Shown: piece after piece, positions 55,541 through 64,000 of the stretch
How the letters are laid out: every line of letters begins with the position of its first letter
Position numbering within the stretch: position 1 is the stretch's first letter
Assembly (NCBI GenBank): GCA_963771355.1
Contig: CAVYTA010000001.1
Location: 160,001 to 224,000 of the forward strand
Source of the DNA: an uncultured Candidatus Rokubacteria bacterium
Lineage (GTDB): Bacteria > Methylomirabilota > Methylomirabilia > Rokubacteriales > CSP1-6
Direction of reading: 5' to 3'
Length of the DNA: 64,000 nucleotides
Position numbers and translations under genes: made by a program
Notes under the pieces: model-generated
Seen by the model: the letters and a program-made list of their open reading frames with translations, nothing else
The model's database searches: none
What the model was told of the DNA's origin: nothing

Positions 55541-57547
55541 TCAGGCGGACTTGCGCCGCTTGGACCCCACGTAGTCCACCAGCACGTACTCGCCCAGCCG
55601 TTCCGGGGTCGCGAAGAAGGCCCGGCCGCGATTGATGCGCGCCATCTGCTCGACAAAGGCCATCAGCATCTCGCTCCGCTCGAGCATGAAGGTGTTGATG
55701 GTGATGCCCTCGCGGGTGCAGCGCTGCACTTCCTTGAGCGTCTCCTGGATGGTCCGCCGGGTGGGCGGGTAGGCGAACTCCGCCTCCGTGCCCTCCATGT
55801 GGGCGGTGGGCTCGCCGTCGGTCACCATGATGATCTGCTTGTTGCCACCCTTCTGTCGCCCCAGCAGCCGCCGCGCGAGCTGGAAGCCCGCGTGCATGTT
55901 GGTGCCCACGCTCCACTCGCTGGAGGCCAGCCCGGGAAGCTGCTCGGCGCGGAACTCGCGCGCGTAGAGGGAGAAGCCCACGATGTGGAGCTGGTCGCGG
56001 GGGAACTGGCCGCGGATCAGCGCGTTGAGCGCGAGCGTCACCTTCTTGGCGGCGAGGAAGCACCCGTTGAAGATCATGGAGCGACTCATGTCGAGCATGA
56101 CCACGGTGGCGGCCTGGGTGGACAGCTCGGTGCGGAACACCTCGAAGTCGGCGGGAACCAGGCGCAGCGGGGTGCCCGTGCCCTGCCGTTCCACCGCGTT
56201 CATGAGGGTCTCCCGCAGGTCGAGCAGGAACGGGTCGCCGAACTCGTAGGGCTTGGCGTCGTCGGTGCGGTCGCCGCCCGCGCCCCGCCGCTCCACCACG
56301 TGGCGGCCGAAGCGATCGCGCTTGAGGTGGGTGAAGATGTCGCGCAGCGCCTTGTCCCCGATCTTCCGTAGCGCGCGCGCGGTGAGCTCGAGCCGGTCGC
56401 CCTGGCGCTCGAGGTAGCCCGCCTCCTCCAGCTTCCGGGTCAGATCCTGGAGGCGCTCCAGCTCGCGGGCGGCCTGGTCGCCCAGGAGCCGCTCCACCTC
56501 CGCGGGGTCCAGCCCCTCCAGGTCCTTGGGGTCGCGCACGCGCTTGAGCTGGCGCTCCAGCTCGTCCATCCGCTGGAGCTCTTCCATGAGCTTCATCGCC
56601 TCGCGCAGCGTCACCTCGCGGTCGCCCTGGAAGTCGTAGCGGCGGGCCATCTCGTCGATGGGCATGAGGTCGGCGAGGTTCATGGCGAGCTGGGCCATCT
56701 CCGCCTCGAGGCGCTCGTCCTTCGCGAAGAGCGACTGCATCATGTCCTGGAGCTGGCGCCGCTGCCCCGGCGACATGCTGTTGAGCAGCGACTGCATCTG
56801 CGCCGCCTGCTGCCCGAGCTGCTCGAGGAGCTGGTCGAGGCTTTCCGCGCCGGGGAAGTTCTGGCCCCACTTGTCCTTGAAGGCCTGGAAGTCGGGGTCT
56901 CCGCCCTCCGCCCGCTCGCGGAGCATCTGGTTGAGGTCGCGGAGCATCTCGCGCATCCGCGCCATGTCCTCGGGGCTCATGTTCTGGAGTCCCTGCTGCA
57001 TGCCCTGCATGAAGGGCTGGAGCATCTGCTGCTGGAGGGACTGCATCAGCTCCCAGAACATCCGGTGCGCGTCGGGGTCCATGAACTCGTAGCCCTGCAG
57101 CCCGCGCACCCGCCCCCCGGGGTCCTTGGGCAAGGCGTCGAGGGCCTGCCGGCGCTGCGCCGCCATCTGCTCGAGCTGGCCCTGCTGCTCGGGCGTGATC
57201 TCGCCCTTCTCGCGGCGCTCGCGCGCGTCGGCGAGGCGGCGTTCCATGCCCTCGCGCTCGGTCTTGAGGATGTCGTCGAGCTTCTTCTTGATGTCCTCCA
57301 GCGCGGAGCCGAGGTCGTAGCGCTGGAGCTCCTGCTGCCGCCGCTTGCGGAGCTGATTGACGAGGTCCTGGAGGCCGGGCATCTTCGGCCCCTGCGGGGG
57401 CTGCGCGCCCTGCTGGAAGAGCCGGCGCAGCGCGCTCCAGAGGTCACCGTCCGACATGATGTCGTCGGACATGGCCTCCAGCAGGTCGTCGGCGTCCGGA
57501 TCGGGGACGTCCTGCGAGCCGTCCCAGCGCGAGTAGCGGAAGAGCAC
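55541..57547 (-). CDS. VWA domain-containing protein
   Basis: RYSRWDG N-terminus, coiled coil, MIDAS DMSRS...TN...TDGEPT. Confidence 0.88.
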   Translation of the reverse strand: MLFRYSRWDGSQDVPDPDADDLLEAMSDDIMSDGDLWSALRRLFQQGAQPPQGPKMPGLQDLVNQLRKRRQQELQRYDLGSALEDIKKKLDDILKTEREGMERRLADARERREKGEITPEQQGQLEQMAAQRRQALDALPKDPGGRVRGLQGYEFMDPDAHRMFWELMQSLQQQMLQPFMQGMQQGLQNMSPEDMARMREMLRDLNQMLRERAEGGDPDFQAFKDKWGQNFPGAESLDQLLEQLGQQAAQMQSLLNSMSPGQRRQLQDMMQSLFAKDERLEAEMAQLAMNLADLMPIDEMARRYDFQGDREVTLREAMKLMEELQRMDELERQLKRVRDPKDLEGLDPAEVERLLGDQAARELERLQDLTRKLEEAGYLERQGDRLELTARALRKIGDKALRDIFTHLKRDRFGRHVVERRGAGGDRTDDAKPYEFGDPFLLDLRETLMNAVERQGTGTPLRLVPADFEVFRTELSTQAATVVMLDMSRSMIFNGCFLAAKKVTLALNALIRGQFPRDQLHIVGFSLYAREFRAEQLPGLASSEWSVGTNMHAGFQLARRLLGRQKGGNKQIIMVTDGEPTAHMEGTEAEFAYPPTRRTIQETLKEVQRCTREGITINTFMLERSEMLMAFVEQMARINRGRAFFATPERLGEYVLVDYVGSKRRKSA

Positions 57548-57556
57548 GGCGCCGCC

Positions 57557-58951
57557 CTACTGGCCCCGGTAACGGAAGCGGCCGGCGTGGATGTCCTTGT
57601 TGAGCTTGCGCGAGAGGTGGAGCCCCTCCAGGACGAACTCCACCGCGGAGGCGACGCCGGGCGGATCGGCGGCCCCGAGCTTCTTGGCCGCCGCGTGCAG
57701 CGGCCGGATCTCGCCGATCTGCCGCACGTAGTCCGCCGAGGGCATCTCGTCCGAGGCCTCCACCCGCAGGCCGCCCTGGAAGGCGGACACCACCTCGTCC
57801 AGCTCCCCGCCGGAGAAGCTCTTGTTGAAGACGTTGAGCACCGCGCGCTGGGCCAGCTTGGAGAGCACCTTCTCCTCGCCCGCGTCGCCCACCGTCTCCA
57901 GCTCGATCTTGCCGCTGGTGGACGCCACGATGGCGGAGAGGTCCGACACCCGCGGGGCCACCTGCTTCTCGCCCAGGCGGATGGCGCGCTTGAGCGCGTT
58001 GGAGAGCAGGTTCTCGTAGTTGCAGATGGTCACCCGCACCGAGACCCCGGAGCGCTGGCTGATCTCGGCCGACTTGCGGGCGAGATGGGTGAGCTCCGCC
58101 ACCACCTGCTTCATGTACTCGGGGGCCCGCAACACGAAGCCGTCGGCGGAGAACTGGGTGCGCTCCGCCTCCATGATGGCGATCTCGTCCTCGAGCCGGC
58201 GCGGGTAGTGGGTGCGGATCTGCGAGCCGAAGCGGTCCTTGAGCGGGGTGATGATGCGGCCGCGATTGGTGTAGTCTTCCGGGTTCGCGCTCGCCACCAC
58301 GAAGAGGTCCAGCGCCAGCCGGACCTTGTAGCCGCGGATCTGGACGTCGCGCTCCTCCATGATGTTGAGCAGGCCCACCTGGATACGCTCGGCGAGGTCG
58401 GGCAGCTCGTTGATGGCGAAGACGCCGCGGTTGGTGCGCGGGAGCAGGCCGTAGTGGATGGTCAGCTCGTCGGAGAGATAGCGGCCCTCCGCCACCTTGA
58501 TGGGATCCACCTCGCCGATGAGGTCGGCGATGGTGATGTCGGGGGTGGCGAGCTTCTCGCCGTAGCGCCGGTCGCGCGGGATCCAGGTCACCGGGGCGGC
58601 GTCGCCCTTCTCGCCGAGGAGCGCGCGCCCCGTGGCGGAGATGGGCGCGAAGGGATCGTCGTTGGTCTCGCAGCCGTCCAGCGCGGGTACTTCTTCGTCG
58701 AGCAGGCCCACCAGGAGCCGCGCCATGCGCGTCTTGGCCTGGCCGCGCTCGCCGAGGAAGACGATGTCCTGGCCGGAGAGGATGGCGTTCTCGATCTGCG
58801 GCACCACGCTGTCCTCGTAGCCGATGATGCCCGGGAACAGCGGCTTGCCGTCGCGGAGGCGCGCGATCAGGTTGTCGCGCAGCTCCTGCTTGACCGACTT
58901 CGGCGTGTATCCACTGTCGCGGAGCTCCTTGACCGTGCGCGCTCTGCCCAT
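57557..58951 (-). CDS. Magnesium chelatase ChlI-like AAA+ ATPase
   Basis: GERGQAKT, NELPDL and ANPEDYTNRGRIITPLKDRF motifs. Confidence 0.88.
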   Translation of the reverse strand: MGRARTVKELRDSGYTPKSVKQELRDNLIARLRDGKPLFPGIIGYEDSVVPQIENAILSGQDIVFLGERGQAKTRMARLLVGLLDEEVPALDGCETNDDPFAPISATGRALLGEKGDAAPVTWIPRDRRYGEKLATPDITIADLIGEVDPIKVAEGRYLSDELTIHYGLLPRTNRGVFAINELPDLAERIQVGLLNIMEERDVQIRGYKVRLALDLFVVASANPEDYTNRGRIITPLKDRFGSQIRTHYPRRLEDEIAIMEAERTQFSADGFVLRAPEYMKQVVAELTHLARKSAEISQRSGVSVRVTICNYENLLSNALKRAIRLGEKQVAPRVSDLSAIVASTSGKIELETVGDAGEEKVLSKLAQRAVLNVFNKSFSGGELDEVVSAFQGGLRVEASDEMPSADYVRQIGEIRPLHAAAKKLGAADPPGVASAVEFVLEGLHLSRKLNKDIHAGRFRYRGQ

Positions 58952-58981
58952 GCCGGCTCCTTGGACTGGAAGATTGACGCC

Positions 58982-59010
58982 ACTATGCGACCCCGACGCT
59001 GGTGTGTCAA
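58982..59010 (-). promoter_or_regulatory. Sigma70-type promoter for the AAA/VWA pair
   Basis: TTGACA-N17-CATAGT on the minus strand. Confidence 0.5.
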
Positions 59011-59077
59011 CCGATGCGGTCCGATGTGGTGATTTCTCAGCGCCCGCTGGCGACGGCGAGCGCGTGTCCCCTGAAAA

Positions 59078-59896
59078 TCACGCCCGGGATGCGAGCGCCT
59101 CGGTGATCCGCTGGGCCATGAGCCGCACCCGCAGCGCCATGGCCCGGCGCGCGGTGCCCGCCCGCGCCGCCGCGGGCCAGCCAAAATAGCCCCGACCGCC
59201 GGGGTCCATCTGCTCGAAGCGCCGCACGCCACGGGCCAGCGCGGCGCGGAAGTCCACCCAGCGCGGCGGGAGCCGTCGTGCGATGGCCCGGCGCACGAGG
59301 TCCGGGCGCGCGTCGAGCATCAGCGCGGTCTCCAGCTCGCCGGCGTGCCACTCGCGTTCGGGCCGTGGGCTCCGCATGAGGGAGAGCACCCGCGGGGTCA
59401 GCATGAGCGCCTGCTCGTCGGGATCGGGCGAGAAGCCGGCGACCAGCACCTGGAGGCGGCTCCGCGCGAGGGCCCGCCGGGCCGTCGCGATGGCGCGCAG
59501 ATGCGCGGGATCGGCCTGGTAGTTGGTCAGGACGAAGCGCCGGAAGCCGTGGCCGGCGAGCCCCCGCACGATTTCGACGACCAGCCGGGAGAGCGTGGGC
59601 TCCGACAGCGACACCGTGCCCGGCCAGCGCTCGGCCAGCGGGCTCACGCCATACGGCAGGGACGGCGCCAGCAGGGGGCGCCAGCCCGCGCGGGCGAGGT
59701 GCGGGGCGAGGCGTCGCGCCAGCTCCTCGGCGCCCAGCCAGTCCACGAGCAGCGGCAGGTGCGGGCCGTGCTCTTCGAGGGCGCCGAGTGGGAGCAGCAC
59801 GACCGTGCGGCGATGGCGCGCGTGGGCGCGCGCCTCCACCCAGGTGCACTCGGCGAAGCGGACGAGACGCGCGGCGGGACGGCGGCGGGTCTTCAC
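59078..59896 (-). CDS. Creatininase family amidohydrolase
   Basis: GALEEHGPHLP..D and HAGELET motifs. Confidence 0.85.
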   Translation of the reverse strand: MKTRRRPAARLVRFAECTWVEARAHARHRRTVVLLPLGALEEHGPHLPLLVDWLGAEELARRLAPHLARAGWRPLLAPSLPYGVSPLAERWPGTVSLSEPTLSRLVVEIVRGLAGHGFRRFVLTNYQADPAHLRAIATARRALARSRLQVLVAGFSPDPDEQALMLTPRVLSLMRSPRPEREWHAGELETALMLDARPDLVRRAIARRLPPRWVDFRAALARGVRRFEQMDPGGRGYFGWPAAARAGTARRAMALRVRLMAQRITEALASRA

Positions 59897-60005
59897 GGGG
59901 CGATTCTATAGCGCGGGCGTATGGGCGCCACCCGGTGCGCACGTCTCCGCCGCCGCGCGCCGGCGCCGGGCCTCTCGGAAGGGGCCCCCCTCGGCGGATC
60001 CGTAG

Positions 60006-61214
<1,209 letters not shown>

Positions 61215-61230
61215 GGCGCCTATCTTACCA

Positions 61231-63999
61231 TCAGGGTCGATTGCCCCACGCGCCCTCCCACACCTCGCCGCGCGCCGGCTCCCACGCGGTGTCCGACACT
61301 TCCCGGAAGGCGCTGTGGGCGGTGAGGGCTCCGAGCGCGCGGTAGGACTCGAACTGATCGTCGTCGAAGAACTGGTCCCCGGTGGTCTGGTGGGGGAAGT
61401 CCGGATTGTCCTGGCAGTAGTTCAAGATGGGGACGGACTCGTCACCGATGAGCGACGACTTGAGCACTACCAGGAAGCCGGTCTCCACCGGCCGCAGCTC
61501 CGCGCCGGTGTCCGGGTCCACCACGCGCGGGTACCTGATGATGCCCACCGTGTGGTGGGCCTTGGTGCGCCCGGTGGCGGAATCGAGGCGGAGCTTGTCG
61601 AGGTTGAGGTCCACCGAGATGTTCTCGTCGATGTAGATCTGGCGCAGGGCCTCCGTCAGCGAGCCGAAGGCGTGACGAGGATCGGCCTCGGCGTCGCTGG
61701 CCACGATGATGGCGCAGCGCCGCTTGAGCAGCGGGCAGATGCCGAGATTGTCCCCGGTATGGCCGCCGTCGGAGATGTTGATGAGGCGCCGGTTGGCGTC
61801 GGTGGAGCCCAGCATCTCGCGCAGGAGGTAGAGCGGCCAGAACACACCGGTCTCGGTGCGGTGGGCGCGCCGGCCGCCCCGGAAGCGGGGATTCTCCAGC
61901 CACTGGCCGAGCCGCACGTTGAGGAGGGTGAGCGCGAAGGACTGGGCGAGGAAGGTCTGGTGCCCCATCGCCGCCGAGGCCGCCGCCCCGGAGATGGTCA
62001 TGACCCGCGCGAGCTTGGTTTCGCCGTTCCGGTAATGCGGCGTCTCCATGTAGCCCGTGGTCTCCGACCCGCAGTGCAGCCGCGAGAAGACGAAGTAGTC
62101 GCTCTTCCGGTCGCGGCGCACCATGTCGCGGCTGGCGGTGAGGTTCAGGGCGCCGACGACCAAGTGGAACGGTGCGGCGGTGACGCAGGCGTCCTCGGCG
62201 CCGCCGTCCGCCACCCCGTGGAGATGGGTGAGGTGGATCTCGGCGTCATCCCGCACCAGCACCTGATAGCCCTCGCGGCGCTCGTCCGCGCGCGAGACAT
62301 AGGTCTGGAGATAGGTTTCCACCAGCCGGTCGCGGTAGAAGTAGTGGAGCGAGAGCTTGTTGAAATCGAGCGAAACGCCGAGGGTGCCGAAGAGCGCGAG
62401 GGCCACCAGGCCCGCGGTGAAGGGCAGGACATAGGGCGGCACCGGAGCGCCGGGATCCAGCGCGATGAGGGCGGCGCACACCAGCACCACCCCCCCGAGG
62501 ACGATCACCACCACGCACACCGCCAGCAGGGCATTGCGGATACGCGCGGAGAGCTTGGTGAAGCCCGCCAGGAGCGAGCCCCCGGGGGCCGGCGGCCCGC
62601 CGCCCGCCCGCGCGAGGAAGCGGGCGGCGGCCACGCTGACGAGCCAGCCGCCCAGGACACGCAGCGGCGAGCCGGCGGTGTGCACCGAATAGGCCAGCCA
62701 GGGCAGGCAGAGCACCACCACCGAGATCGCCGTCATGTAGTTGTAGATCCCCTTGGCGGCGGCGAATCGGGAGCGGTCGTTGCGCTCGAAGCGGTCGGAC
62801 ATGGACACGAAGGGATGGAGGAGGAGGGCCACCGCCTGGCCGCCCACGTAGACGCCGAGCGGCAGCATGAGATAGCCGAGCCGCGGGCCCGTGACCACGA
62901 CGTAGTAGATGGTGATCGCCGCGGCGGTGACGAGGGTCACGATGGTGATGGCCCAGAGGGAGAAGTACTCGCGGCTCTCCTCCACGGACTGGCCCTCCAC
63001 GTAGAAGAGCCGGTCGGGAAGGACATAGGGCACGCGGCCGGCGATGAAGAGGCTCACCATGGTGGCGGCGGCGCCGATGCCGATCGCCCACAGGAGCGGA
63101 TTGCCGCGCACCTCGCCGGCCAGCGGCCAGTCCAGGAGGGACCACAAATAGTCGGGCGCGGTCAGGAGGCTGACTTCGAGGAGCTCGGGGCCCGCCATGA
63201 GGGTCACGATGCCCCAGTAGGTCCCCGCCACGCCGACCAGGAAGAGCGCGAACAGGAACAGGTGGTAGAAGAGGCCGCCGAGGACGTTGCCGACCGCACG
63301 CAGGACCTCTCGAGAGAGCAGACGGTGCCTCACGATGATGAAGTCGCCGTGGGTGCGGAGGTGGCGGATCTCGTCCTGGCCGTTGAACTCGCGCATCGTG
63401 GGCTGCTCGGCCACATCGGGGTTGAAGGGCAGGGTGGCCGCCTTGGTGCCGAAGTAGGGGGTCTCCCCGGAGTCGAAGGTGTAAGCCTCCTGCCCGGTGC
63501 GGGGCTTTCCGGCGGGCCAGCTCTTGCGGTGCGAGAGCAGCGAGCTGAGGCAGGCGCCGATGTACCCGCCGCCCGAGACGGTGCTCAGGTAGTCGAAGCG
63601 TCGGAGGATGTCGAGCTGGGCCAGCGCCTGCAGCACGCCGAGATTGAACGTGGCCGACCGGATCCCGCCCCCCGACAGGGCGAGCCCGATGGGACGCGCG
63701 CTCTCGGCGGCGGTGGGGGAGGCCGTCACCCCCGCCAGCACCCGCCGTCGCGCGAGATACCGCCGCTCCCCCGCGAGCACGCCCAAGAAGTTGAGCACGT
63801 GAGGATCCACGCGTCGGATGCGGTGGGGCAGGCGGCCGACGGCCCACGCGATGGCGATCAGCGTCTCCGCGAGCAGGATGATCTTGCTGGTACCGGCGAC
63901 GCCACCGATCGCGGCCAGCAGCACGGACGGCTGCTCGGGCTCGGCCAGCATGCCCAGGACGCAGAGATTCTCGGCGACCCCGAGCAGGGCGCCGGCGAG
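61231..63999 (-). CDS. Patatin/cPLA2-like phospholipase-domain membrane protein, 5' end outside the window
   Basis: [15 protein letters not shown] nucleophile and SDGGH; the frame stays open to the window edge. Confidence 0.82.
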   Translation of the reverse strand, partial: LAGALLGVAENLCVLGMLAEPEQPSVLLAAIGGVAGTSKIILLAETLIAIAWAVGRLPHRIRRVDPHVLNFLGVLAGERRYLARRRVLAGVTASPTAAESARPIGLALSGGGIRSATFNLGVLQALAQLDILRRFDYLSTVSGGGYIGACLSSLLSHRKSWPAGKPRTGQEAYTFDSGETPYFGTKAATLPFNPDVAEQPTMREFNGQDEIRHLRTHGDFIIVRHRLLSREVLRAVGNVLGGLFYHLFLFALFLVGVAGTYWGIVTLMAGPELLEVSLLTAPDYLWSLLDWPLAGEVRGNPLLWAIGIGAAATMVSLFIAGRVPYVLPDRLFYVEGQSVEESREYFSLWAITIVTLVTAAAITIYYVVVTGPRLGYLMLPLGVYVGGQAVALLLHPFVSMSDRFERNDRSRFAAAKGIYNYMTAISVVVLCLPWLAYSVHTAGSPLRVLGGWLVSVAAARFLARAGGGPPAPGGSLLAGFTKLSARIRNALLAVCVVVIVLGGVVLVCAALIALDPGAPVPPYVLPFTAGLVALALFGTLGVSLDFNKLSLHYFYRDRLVETYLQTYVSRADERREGYQVLVRDDAEIHLTHLHGVADGGAEDACVTAAPFHLVVGALNLTASRDMVRRDRKSDYFVFSRLHCGSETTGYMETPHYRNGETKLARVMTISGAAASAAMGHQTFLAQSFALTLLNVRLGQWLENPRFRGGRRAHRTETGVFWPLYLLREMLGSTDANRRLINISDGGHTGDNLGICPLLKRRCAIIVASDAEADPRHAFGSLTEALRQIYIDENISVDLNLDKLRLDSATGRTKAHHTVGIIRYPRVVDPDTGAELRPVETGFLVVLKSSLIGDESVPILNYCQDNPDFPHQTTGDQFFDDDQFESYRALGALTAHSAFREVSDTAWEPARGEVWEGAWGNRP

Positions 64000-64000
64000 C

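Overview
GC-rich bacterial chromosomal DNA; gene content and repeat style suggest Ca. Rokubacteria/Methylomirabilota or a similar soil lineage (inference only). Bases 1-32.4 kb hold metabolic and transport genes: a peroxiredoxin missed by the ORF track with an in-frame UGA at the catalytic position and a SECIS-like hairpin, SSADH, an ALS-like enzyme, upp, a Dpp/Opp ABC set without ATPases, a ferritin-like + PlsR-like + PlsA/Ger-like activase cluster, a DUF6600 Pro-repeat protein, tartrate dehydrogenase and dapL. Bases 32.5-54.8 kb form an accessory block: a PAS-type sigma54 activator, three -24/-12 promoters and a Tad/Flp pilus operon. That operon runs on into an unusual envelope module (Pro-rich Ig protein, prenyltransferase-like barrel, Tat DUF362 lipoprotein, TPR-retropepsin, GT87), with a second GT-C-like gene nearby. 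The right end holds a VWA/ChlI-like pair, creatininase, ispG and a truncated patatin-like gene. Two families of small palindromic elements fold with tandem G.A pairs on one strand only. One family is tandemly amplified, supplies a ribosome-binding site and is also inserted in-frame inside the activase gene. Many +1 frameshifts, mostly at 35.7-53.9 kb, look like long-read insertion errors. No rRNA, tRNA, CRISPR array or transposase was seen. All family calls come from motif recognition, not database searches.
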